Origin: Paraspadella gotoi
Taxonomy: Eukaryota > Animalia > Chaetognatha
Assembly: GCA_051294375.1 (NCBI GenBank)
Contig: CM119267.1
Location: 26,580,404 to 26,644,403, forward strand
Length of the DNA stretch: 64,000 nt
Direction: 5' to 3'
The translations under genes and the position numbers were made by a program. Positions 26,191 through 36,532 of this stretch are shown here, one piece after another (the stretch's first letter is position 1; each line of letters begins with the position of its first letter). Under the pieces are notes generated by a model. The model was not told where the DNA came from, searched no databases, and saw nothing but the letters and a program-made list of their open reading frames with translations.

Positions 26191-26402
26191 TCTCTTTCTA
26201 TTTCGAAAACCCCCCCACATTAGCCTTTTGTCTCTCCAAAAGGCGAGACACCGCGCTGTGACCAGACATTGTGAACAGAAAACAAAAGTCAAAACGAAAA
26301 AAAAGCTCCCGGCCCTCAGCGGCAGCAGAGCTGCTGCAGGGCCCTCGTCCCGACGCTGCATCACTCTGTCAAGGTGTGCCTGAGCCGGGGCACGCGATCA
26401 CT
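26191..26402 (+). repeat. DIRS left inverted terminal repeat
   Basis: tttcgaaaacccccccacattagccttttgtctctccaaaaggcgaga...ccggggcacgcgatcact is the reverse complement of about 31284-31495. Confidence 0.9.
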
Positions 26403-26564
26403 TCTTTTTTCGCGCTCTATGTGATCAGTCGCTTCGCTTATTTTAGCCGCTTTTTTCGATTATTTCGGGACTTTTCCTTCGATATTATTGCTTTTCATAT
26501 CGAATTTTGAAGCTTTCACGGCTCGCTCTCTTTGGTTTTAAATCGGACGATCGTAAGAATTCGC

Positions 26565-26936
26565 GCGGATTTTATCTCGAAAAGGATCGCGCTGCATTCG
26601 CAGTTCGACGAAATCTTCGTTCCGACAAGGGTTTGAGGGAACCCTGAGATTCACGTGGGCGCGCGACTGGCGTCGCCAGATTTGCACTCCGCCCGGTCGG
26701 TGTTTCTCTTCCCACCCCCTCCTCTGTTTAGGCGCTGTCTTCCGTTACCTCGTTACGGCGCTGCCGCCGCGCGCAGGGGCGCCGCAACCCGGCACCAGTT
26801 GGTGTCGGTTCGGGGGTGGCACAGGCCTACCACTGCAGCCCTGGGGGCGAGCGCAACGGCTGGAGGCTCTGGAGTATTCTTGAGGACGCCCTCAACGGGT
26901 TTTCAAGGAGATGCAGGATTCGCTTCCCGGAGATAG
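26565..26936 (+). pseudogene. Extra, divergent DIRS methyltransferase-like module upstream of the ICR
   Basis: One frame reads ADFISKRIALHSQFDEIFVPTRV*GNPEIHVGA...SVFLFPPPPLFRRCL...LVSVRGW, paralleling ADxLSR...WGxPxIDLFA...YAFPP...LVAPxW; direct nucleotide similarity to about 30020-30085. Confidence 0.55.
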
Positions 26937-27095
26937 AAAGATTTCCGCGAGTGAGCCTTAATGTATGGAATGTTCTTTTTTCGAAGTCGTTTGCAAATTC
27001 TTTTATTTTGCCCCTCCATCAAATTTTTGTTTCTTTCGTTTTTTATTATTTTTATTATTTTTATATCACACGCCGGCGTTTTTTTCTCGTTACTG

Positions 27096-27173
27096 AGGCT
27101 AATGTCGGGGGGGTTTCGAATAGAGAATCTGCTATCTTGAATGAATTATGATTCTTATCGAACCCCCCACATT
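27096..27173 (+). repeat. DIRS internal complementary region (reverse complement of the right-end/left-end circle junction)
   Basis: aggctaatgtcgggggggtttcgaatagag is complementary to the left terminus; tg...tgaatgaattatgattcttatcgaaccccccacatt is complementary to the right terminus; they are joined through AATC (reverse complement GATT) at 27126-27129. Confidence 0.88.
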
Positions 27174-27371
27174 CCTCTCCGCCGCCGGCCCCTTTCGCCT
27201 CCGGGTGGGATGTTGTCGCGGCGTGTGGTTCGGTTTCCGTTTTTTTTTTTTCTGTGTGTGTTTAGTTTCAAATATTTTCTTTTTTGCTGAATATTGTGGA
27301 TAGAGAGAAAGAAGGGGGGGGTTTCCTCGATTTGATATGTAATCTAATTCTCGTCGTTTTTTGCTTACGTC

Positions 27372-28400
27372 ATGGGATTCTTATCGATACGGACGACTTC
27401 ATCTTCGCCTTTCCCTTCGCGCTGGTCGCTTGACGAAGTTTCTTCCGCTTCCAGAGAGCAGTCCCGCCCACGGCTACCTGCCTTCGGCTCTAGACGCAAC
27501 GCGTCGCCTTCACCGCCTGGACGGCACACGGCGTCCGCACTCAGCCCGGACTGGACAAACCCTCATCGGGAGATGGAGAGGTGAGCGTCCGACCCAAGAC
27601 GTCGATCGGGCCTTTCTACGCCTGCAGGCCCGCCGCACAGGAGCGCGCGTCGCCGTCTGATGGTAGTTATCAGAAGCAATGGCGTTCGCTTGTTCAACAG
27701 TCTCGAGAGTAACAGGAGAGTTGGCGAGAAAGCTGGAGTCAATCGCACAACCATCCGCAACCTTCGCACACAATTCGTCGATGGAGTGGACACAACGCCT
27801 CACCGAGCGTCGTTTCTACTTCCAGATCACGAACGGGTGTTTTGATCCCGCCTTCCGAAGCGGCTATACTACACCATTATCCTGTACTGCCAGGCGACAC
27901 GTACGCACGTTGCAGGGAGGCGGGCGGTCGAACAGCAGCCGCCTTTTTTTTTCGTTCGCCGGAGGATCATAACGCCTTTGGTAGAGGTCATCAATAGGCG
28001 GGGCTTTTCAGGGGGCAGGTGGCGGTGCGCATGGCTTCGCCCCTCCGACCGACATTGCGTCTTTTCCAGGAATCTGCGTTTAACTCGGCGCTTTGGAGTT
28101 CGAGTTCAGTTTTTGCGAAGGCGTCGATACGATCTGCGCTTGGACCTGCGCAGATTGCGCGCCCACCAAAAAAGTTTGTTCTTCAGATATTCTTTCGGAG
28201 TCAAGTTCCTCACGCGTCAACGCCGTCTTTTTCCGATCCGCCTTTCGCACCTACGCTTTGTTGATAACGCCGTCAGGTTCTCTAAGCGTCGAAGACCAGT
28301 CTCCAAGCCGTACAAGACGGCGCAGAAGCCCTTTTTTCCCTCGAAAGTCGCGCGGAAACAGGCCGGACAGGGGAGCCAAGGCCCGCAGAATGACGGGGCT
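27372..28400 (+). pseudogene. DIRS gag-like ORF (frameshifted in this assembly)
   Basis: Positional inference: GC-rich coding-like sequence ahead of RT, with a Ser/Pro/Arg-rich start and a basic C-terminus (RFSKRRRPVSKPYKTAQKPFFPSK). Boundaries approximate. Confidence 0.5.
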
Positions 28401-30310
28401 TCTCCGCCTTTGTAGTCGCACGTCGTTTCTGGCTGCAGGGCCCTCTTCAAGATTTGACGATAATCTCAAGATCTCCAAGATCGCCGACTCCCTACCCAGT
28501 TTCCTCGGCCCTTCCAACGCAACGCCATCTTTCGGCGAAACAAGGACGATGCAGTCAGGCGGATTTTTTCCGCCGCCTTAAGTGGAACAGGAGCGACTCG
28601 AGAAGTAGAAGCCTCTCATTCTTTACTCCAGGTTTTTGCTCGGTTCCAAAGAAGAAGGGTGAAGAGGCCTTTTTGCAACCTGAAGCGGCTCGGACGCCGC
28701 TTTTCTCTTCTCCTCATGGAGTCCGCACGGAAGTCAAGAAATCAGGATTTTTCGACGGGGCGTTTGGAGGCCTCGATTCGACCTGCGCGAGGCCTACCTT
28801 CCCCTTTCCTTTTCACGAGGAGCTCCGAAAGTTTTCGGTCAATTTCATCTGGAAGGTCGGATCTGCCAGTAGAAGGCCCTCCCCTTGGGTTTGGCGCACG
28901 GGACCCGGGGCTCTCACGAGAGACGCTCCTAGTTCAAGAGTTTGAACAGAAGGGGCCTTCGGTTTTTTCCCTTCGATATCGACGACTTCTTTCTTGGTCT
29001 CGTCGAAGGTAGGAGTGTGCCTCAAGCTATGTTGAAGAACGGTTCAGCTGCTCTTGAGGCAGGTTTCATCGCTCGCCTCACGTGCCCTTTCCGCACGGCG
29101 CGTTCAGTCTCTTATTCACGCGACAACGCTCGGCAGCCACGTTCGTTTTTTTCTCAGGGTTTCACTGACGGCCACCTTCATTGCGATCTCGCTTGCGCCG
29201 CCCCAAGTGCGATCCGGATTTAGCGACTCTCCTTTTGTCCCTCTCCGCCGGCGTTCTGTCCTTTCTTCCCGGACACGCCACGACAGCCACGCTCGCATTT
29301 CCGTTCTCCGTGTGTCGAATCCGCCCGGATTCTACGGAGCGTCAACCGCGTCTACCGCTCCGAGAGAGATCCTCGATCGCCCGACGTGCCTGACGTTTTC
29401 AGCGCGGGAGGAGCCTGGAGTGGTGTCGTCGTTCGTCTGGAGGACTGCGTCGCGCCGGTGGACGACTCTGCTTCCACGAGGATTGCGCCCACTAGTGACG
29501 CACGGACGCCTCGCAGGAGGGTGGGGCATCCTTTCCAGGGAGAGCTTCACCAGGGGACCTGGGAGGCTGCTGATGTCCTATCACCATATCAATGTAAGAA
29601 TTCATGGTGATTGAAGATTTCCTCTCTCGATTCGGCAGCTCTCTGAGAAATACGAATCTCCTTTAGAAAGGCGACAGTTTGGTTTCGTTTGCTCTGTCTC
29701 CAGCACACGTGCAGTCCGATTACGACGGGAAAGCTAGCACTCGAGGTCGATCCAGGGAAGATACTCTTAACTTGATCGCTCACGCCCTGGGAGTTCCAGC
29801 ATCTCCGGGAGTCACCTGTACGTGAGGAGAACTTGAGTTGACGTGATGCCGGTCGTCGAGGACGCCTAGTTGCGGATATGGCAATCCATTCCACGGATCT
29901 TCCGTCAGATCTGCGAGACCTTCGAGCTCTCCCTCCAATCGATCTCTTATGCTTACGAGGATTCGACGCAGGTGCGCCGCTTTGCTTCTCTTGGAAGGCG
30001 AGGCCCAACGGAGGGTGTGGACGCCCTCGCCCAGATTTGGAGCTTCCGATCGGGCCTTTCTCTTTCCTCCCCCACCTCTGCTTCCGAAGCGTCATCCAGA
30101 AGCTGGAGGAGTCATCGGGGATCTTCCTTCTGGTCGCACCCTTTTGGCCAAGCCCAGAAGTTGTTCCCGTCGTTGTTGAACTGAAGTTTTTGGAGCTCGA
30201 CGCCTTCCAGCTCCAGAGGACGCCGTCGTCGATTCTCAGCACAGGATCCCCTCCACGCCGCAAGACCGAATCGCCTCAGCTGGTCGTTTGGCAGATTGCG
30301 GCGGGCGAAC
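28400..30310 (+). pseudogene. DIRS pol: reverse transcriptase, RNase H, N6-adenine methyltransferase-like domain (frameshifted)
   Basis: Motifs recovered across frames: SVPKKKG, KRPFCNLKRL, DLREAYL, PLGF, IDDFF (YxDD region), DAS/GWG, HHINV, HLPG, PPIDL, GVDALAQIW, AFLFPPPPLL, VIQKL..GIFLLVAPFWP, LVVWQI. Confidence 0.85.
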
Positions 30311-30329
30311 AACCTCAGGACGACCTCAG

Positions 30330-31325
30330 CGATCGGCCTTCGACATCTTTTCTGACAGCTTGGAGAGACTCGGAACGAGATCGTTACGTCGAGCCTGGAC
30401 CTCCTTCTGCTCTTTCCTTCACAATGTAAGGAAAGTTCGAGGAGCTTGATGCGTCTCTGAAGGTAGTTCTGGAGTACTGCCCATCTGTGGGGTTGGGCTT
30501 GTCGCACCGCACAGTGAACTTCACCCGCCGGCGATTTCGGCCACTTTGCGTCGCAGGATCGTTCTCGGTTGGGGAAACAACCCCCTCGTTCGACGCTTTT
30601 CAGAGGGACCTTCGAGCGGCGCCCTCCGTCTGCGTCGGATTTTTCCTCCGTGGATGCGGCTCGCGTTCTACGCGTTTTTGGACAGCGTCGCCCTCCCGCC
30701 GTCTCCCGCTCACGTTCTTCGGCGCTCTCTTTTTCTTTTGGCGGCTCGCTTCAGCCAGGAGGCCGTCGGAGTTAGTCTCTCTCAAGTGTGATCTAGCCCT
30801 TTTCTCGCCTCGCGAGGATCAATGGACGCTTCGTGAACCGTAACCAAGCTCATCCAAGGACAGATCGCGTCGGGCACATGGGCCGTCCTTCGGGATGGAC
30901 GCACCTTACGGCGCTACTTCAGCCGTTTGCCCCAATTGCGGCTCTGATGGAGTGGCTTCGAGTCCGCGAATCTGGTTAGCGCCGTCGTCACGATTTCCTT
31001 TTTTTGCGCGCCACCTCTCGCCGCCCTTTACTCCGTTTCCGCCCTCTCAACGGTGTTGCGGGCGATTCTCAAGGCGCTCTTTTTGGAGGCGGATGGTCGA
31101 CGCTCCGGCCAGGATCTACGCGTAGCAACATGGCGGTCTCGGATAGCCATTCGCGTCCGCGGCGTCCGATCGTCGGCGTCATTCAGGCCTGGAGACTGGT
31201 CCGGAAGAATCAGACTTATCTTCCGGTTTGTTACTGCAGGGACGTCTCATGCGGTAGCGCTTCGTTTGCGTTCTCAGGGACTGAGTGACGCGTCCCCGGT
31301 CAGCAAGGCACTTCGACAGAAGTGA
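30330..31325 (+). pseudogene. DIRS tyrosine recombinase (frameshifted), ending inside the right ITR
   Basis: LFFFWRLASARRPSELVSL (catalytic Arg box I), PGSTRS.MAVS (box II), GDWS and FRF/YCRDV (catalytic Tyr region). Confidence 0.85.
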
Positions 31326-31519
31326 TGATGCGTCGACGGACGGCCCGCTGCAGCAGCTTGCTGCCCCGCTGTGGCGGAGACTATTTTTTTCGTTGACTTT
31401 TTGTTTCTGTTTCACATGTCTGGTCACAGCGCAGTGTTGTGTTCTCGCCTTTTGGAGAGACCAAAAGGCTAATGTGGGGGTGGTTTCGATAAGAATCATA
31501 ATTCCATTCAGAATTCACA
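31284..31519 (+). repeat. DIRS right ITR plus ~25-nt right extension (tcataattccattcagaattcaca)
   Basis: agtgacgcgtccccgg...tctcgccttttggagagaccaaaaggctaatgtgggggtggtttcgataaga mirrors the left ITR; the extension has no partner at the left end but is complementary to the ICR. Confidence 0.9.
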
Positions 31520-33070
31520 GATTAAATTATGCAAGTTGACCAAGTTAGCTTATTACCACTTAATTATCGTAGGCAGATCCGACATTGTTTGCTCAAACTT
31601 GTTCTTATGCGATTGCCGAGATCCTTATGCTTTTAAGACTTTCAATGGACAAAACATTCCTATATGGGTATACCCAAATAATTATTTTTAGTCGGATCTG
31701 CTTATCAGCAGATCCCGACTCTATAACTCACTTTGTCGGTCCGTCGGTCCGCCCCCTCAATATTGTCGGGCACACACTTATATCATGTCAGAACATCGAA
31801 TTATGATAAATATGCAAAAAAAATGATGTCCGTCCGTCCGTTTGTCTGCTCTGTCCGTCCGTCCGTCCGCTCCCACCTTAGCAAAAAACACCAATTACTC
31901 GTGATTGGATGGATGGATTTAAATGAATTTTGTGTGAGGATAGGTAAGTTGTGTGATTGAGCTGGATATGAAGTTTCGATGGAATCGTCCGAGTGGAAAT
32001 GAGTTTAAATGGAAAAAACAAAAAAAATATATTCACTATTTGAACACCAATTGCTCATGAGTGGATGGGCTGATTGACCTGGAATTTTGTATGTGGGTAG
32101 GAAAGTGTGTGATTCAACAGGAAATCAAGTTTCGATGGATAGTTTGAGTGGAAATGAGTTTAAATGGAAAAAACAAAAAACCTGTTTTACTAATTGATTA
32201 TGCTTCTTTTTTTTTTATATTAAATGTATATGCAGGATATATTAATAAATCAAATAATTAATCAGTTAATTAATCAATTAGTAAATAAATTAATAATTAA
32301 TTAGTCAATCAATCCGTCCATCCATCCCATCTTAGCAAAAGCTCCAATAACTCGTGATTGGCTGGTTGGATTGGAAATAAATTTTTGTGTGAGTAGGAAA
32401 GTGTGTGATAAGCTGGATATAAAGTTTCGATGGAATCGTGTGAGTGGAAATTAGTTAAATGGAAAAAAACATAAGTCGAATTTACTAAAATCTTTTTACT
32501 TATTTTAACCAATAATACTCTAATTAATTGTGTGGGTAGGAAAATGTGTGACGAAGCTTGATATAAAGTTTCAGTGGAAACGTATTATATGATAATCCTT
32601 TCTTTTCGTTGTAAATGATTTAGAGAAAAACAAAGTTTTTATTAGTTTCAACGAATTTGTTTTATTATGTTTTCCAATAAAAACAAATTCGTTGAAACTA
32701 AAAAACTTTGTTTTTCTCTAGTGGAAACGTACAAGTGGAAATGAGTTTAAATGAAAAAAATATGAGTCACATTTACTTGAATCTTTTTATTTATTTTAAC
32801 CCATGATAGATTGAGATGAAATTTGTGGAGCCGGTAGGAAAGTGAGTGAAGAAGCTAGATATAAATTTTGACGGAATGCAAGTTAAAAAAATTATGCAAG
32901 TTGATAAAATGATGCAAGTTAAAAAAATCTTAAAAGCATAAGGATCGTCGCTATTGCCATAAAAAAGAGAGAGAGAGAGAGAAAGAGAGAGTGAGAGAGA
33001 GAGAGAGTGAGAGAGAAAGAGAGAGAAAGAGTGAGAGAGAGAGAGAGAGAGAGAAAGAGACATAAAATAA

Positions 33071-34210
33071 AAAATCTTAAAAGACTCAAGATCGAGCCAG
33101 AGCCCACTATCAAAGAAAATTAATGAAAAAACCCGGGAAAAAAACTAATGAATCATGCGATAACGAATGATTGATGTAATAGTAATTGATTGAGGTAATA
33201 CTAATTGATTGATGTAATAGTAATTTATTGATGTAATAGGAATTGATTATGATTCGATGATAATCAATTATTGATGCGATGATAGTCATTCACTGCTGTG
33301 ATGATAGTCATTCACTGATGCGATGATTGTCATTCATTTGATGCGATGATAGTCAATAAAAAAAAACAAATGCGTGTATGAGTGAAAGAGAGAGAGAGGA
33401 GAGAGAGAGAGAGAGAAAGAAAGAGAATAAATCCACGAAAATCTCGGATGAAAATATGGAATTTTGTATTGAAAAAAAGCGCGAATAAATGGTAATAATA
33501 AAAAGTTTTTAGAAGGAAAAAAATAATCAGAATTTTTCAAAAAACAAACGGTCACGCAAGAGATCGGACAGAGAGGGACAGACACACACAGAGAGAAAAA
33601 GAGAGAGAGAGAGACAGCCGCTGCAGAGAAAAAGAGAGAGAAAAGAGGCGATATATTATAATAAAAGAGAGAGAGAGAGAGAGAGAAGCTCTACAGCCCC
33701 TTTACTCGTTAAAGAATCAGCAGTACCTATGGCGCCGGACGTAGCGTGAGCTCTTCTCTACCCAAAGGACCGGGTTCGTACCCTGTTCGCGGCATCGTTT
33801 TTTACATTAGTGAGCCCACATTATATCTAAAATTTTTTTTGTAAAAAAAAAAAAAAAAGAGAGAGAGAGAGAAAGAAGCTGGACAGACACTGCAGAGCCG
33901 GAACTCGTTTTTAGACAAATCAGAAGAAGCAGTGACGGAGAAAAAGAGAGAGAGAGAGCGACATATATTTAAAAGAAGAGAGAGAGAGAGAGACATATAA
34001 TTTTTGTTTTGTAAATAAAAACATAAACAAATACGAATATTGATATGAAACATGAGGATTTTAAAGATCTTGATCTAGAAGCCATATATGAAATTTCAAC
34101 TCCCTATGATATCACAATTTCAGAAGCCATGATTGCAAAAAAGCGTGACCGAAAGCTAAACCGAATCAAAATCTAGCCAGGACGGGCTTTGCCCGCCTGG
34201 CTCGATAATA
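33071..34210 (-). mobile_element. Helentron/DINE-1-like family C
   Basis: Minus strand starts atcgagccaggcgggc-aaa-gcccgtcctggctag (hairpin) and ends ctggctcgat-cttgagtcttttaagattttt, the same layout and tail as family B; second copy at about 55880-57190. Confidence 0.65.
33729..33796 (+). repeat. Degenerate tRNA-like (SINE head) sequence; relatives at about 56717-56788 (+) and 62402-62468 (-)
   Basis: tggcgccggacgtagcg...acccaaaggaccgggttcgtaccctg includes a B-box-like GGTTCG.ACC; cloverleaf imperfect. Confidence 0.45.
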
Positions 34211-35453
34211 GAGGATATTTGTTTGTTTGATAAAATGTAAACAAAACATTTAATAACTGTCCTGACTCAATTTTAATTAATTTAATTAATTTAATTAATT
34301 ATTCTAGTAGGCAGATCCGACATTGTTTGCTCAACTTGTTTTAATATTTATTTATAGATAGGAAAGGCCAAATTTTTTTTAAAGAATTTTTAAATTTAAG
34401 ACCAGATTCGGATTCTTTTTAAATATTTTATGATGAGTCAAAAATAAGAAAAATCGTAAAAAATCGATTGATATCAGTTTTTTTATATTTTCACTTAAAA
34501 AACGTAAGAATTTTTAAAATCAGTAACTATATTTCATTTAACTTTTTATGCTCTATCAGAATCCATTAAAAAAATTTAAGATTTCCAAAAAAAATTTATA
34601 ATGTGAAAAAAGATAAGTAACATTTAATGTATTAATCAAGACGTATAATGTAAATTTTTTTTCAAAATGATTGCTTAAATATTTAGTCAAGACAACTAAA
34701 AAAAACTTTACTAATAGTCGAAATTTTATATTATCTCTTCAGTTGGTCCCTAAATTACTGGTAAGGGTAGAAAAACATTTTATTACAAATCCCTAACAAT
34801 CCCATACCCTTACCAGTAACAACCCCTAAATTAGGGGCCCTAATCCCTAACCAACCTTAACCCAATTGCTAACCGTTTAAAAAATAAAACATGAAAATAT
34901 TGTTTTTCCTTTCTTTTCCTTGTTTGTTTACGTACGAGTTTTATTAAGAAACATAAATTTCGGACCTGTTCCGGCTTCAATGAAAACCTTCATCGGCCCA
35001 AAAACGAATTTATTTGTGAAACAAATATTTTCACGAAGTTTGAAGGGATAAAGAGAGAGAGAAAGAGTCTGTAAAAATATTTGTTTCACAAATCTGTTTT
35101 TGCGCTGATGAAAGCTTACATTTAAGTTTTAACATGTCTGAAATTTATGTTTCTTTATAAAACTCGTACATAAACAATTCATTTTCTACCTCAAATATAA
35201 AAATTTAAAACAATTATTATTTATTATAAAATTTTTATTACTGAATAAAAAAATGTATAAATTGTATATTATTTCGCAAACTGAAACTCAATGCTAGACT
35301 AGAGGGAAAACAAAATTAAATGGATTAACAAAGCACCGACCGGTGATAGCTAAAGTTGGTTGCGGACGTCGAATAGAAAAGGTACCCAAAAAAGTTATTG
35401 CGGCTCAAAGCTTTGAACTTTCTGGTCAAATGTGAGGGTCCAAAGGTTTATTA

Positions 35454-36530
35454 TTTTTATCGTCGCAATCGCTTAGCGTTTGCGACGATATTGTAACGCT
35501 TTTGCGCATAAGTGGCGTCGTCGTTGTCGGCTTTCCAAATTATAGATCGCCTTTTTTATGATTAAATTTGGGTGTATGAAGCTGAAAATTTATATACAGG
35601 TTCTCATCATTGATATTCTTAAAATTGAGTCTGGACAGTTATTAAATATGTTTTGTTTACGTTTTATCAAAACAAACAAATTTTCTTTCTTTTATTTTCA
35701 TATTTCTTTCTCTCTCTCTTTTCTTTTTTAATTACATGTCTCTCTCCCTCTCTCTTTTCCCTAATCACAGATTCATAGAGAAAGGGAAAAAACCGAGTCT
35801 GCAGCTGGCTCTGCAAGGGCTTATTCTTTTTCTCTCTTTTCTCCTGCTGCTTCTGCTGCTGCTTTTTGATTTCTTTCTCTGTAGCTGGCTCTGCAGGGGC
35901 TCTTACTTTTTCTCTTTTCTCCTGCTGCTTCTGCTGCTGCCTTTTAATTAATTTCTTTTTTTCTGGGTGCTTCTGCTGCTGCCGCTGCTGATTTGTCTGA
36001 AAATGATTTGGCTTTCTCTCTCTCTCTCTCTGATTAATTTTTTCCCTCTAAAAACCTTTATTATCGCCATTTATTCCCAAATTTATATCCGAGATTTTCG
36101 TTGATTTTTTTTCTAAATAACAATTAGAATAATTTTTTTTTAATATATATTTACTTTATTATTTTATTTTACTTCATTTTACTTCACTTTAGTCTTTACT
36201 TGACTTCGTCAGTCTGATTCAAGTTTCACTTTGTCTTTTGCTTAGGAATGTTGACAGTGTTTAGAGAGGTCGCATTCGATCAAACTGCTCGCTTATGCGG
36301 GCTCAAAGTAAAACAAAAGTACTTTCAATAATGTTTCTCCAGATTTAGCACTTGCTAAAAATTAAACTCGAAAATAAGTTATTTTACTGTTTTATATTTA
36401 TTATTCTTTTTTTTACTTTCTGTTTATACATTTTTTTTTCTCAAATTTGATTTTTTTAGTTACAAAATTTGTCGTCAATCCAGATTTTTCTTATGCGATT
36501 GCGACGATCCTTATGCTTTTAAGATTTTTT
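35454..36530 (+). mobile_element. Helentron/DINE-1-like family B
   Basis: 5' atcgtcgcaatcgc-tta-gcgtttgcgacgat hairpin; 3' subTIR gcgattgcgacgat followed by ccttatgcttttaagattttt. Other copies at 40330-40780; 3' ends at about 19980-20015, 49300-49340, and inverted at about 32921-32960. Confidence 0.75.
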
Positions 36531-36532
36531 AG

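Larger units (their letters stand above)
26187..31523 (+). mobile_element. Full-length DIRS-type tyrosine-recombinase retrotransposon (~5.3 kb)
   Basis: GC-rich island with inverted terminal repeats, a right extension, an internal complementary region and frameshifted gag, RT, RNase H, methyltransferase and YR motifs; GATT at both junctions; empty site at 19896-19899 in the duplicated block. Confidence 0.93.
14460..32340 (+). repeat. ~6.3-kb tandem duplication across a 25-N gap (14460-20716 versus 20746-32340, the latter containing the DIRS)
   Basis: Collinear throughout; the second copy differs mainly by single-base indels, as expected of noisy long-read gap fill or an alternative haplotype. 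Confidence 0.9.
31685..34340 (+). mobile_element. Family A Helentron-like composite carrying nested family B and C pieces and a tRNA-like head
   Basis: Family A 5' hairpin at about 31690 and 3' end at about 34310-34340; the same nested order recurs at about 54450-57430. Confidence 0.7.

Noticed and set aside
27372-31325. Many frameshifts in the DIRS ORFs as programmed recoding or true decay
   Set aside because: The flanking duplicated host sequence shows the same single-base indel noise, so they are most simply sequencing errors; this cannot be resolved here.
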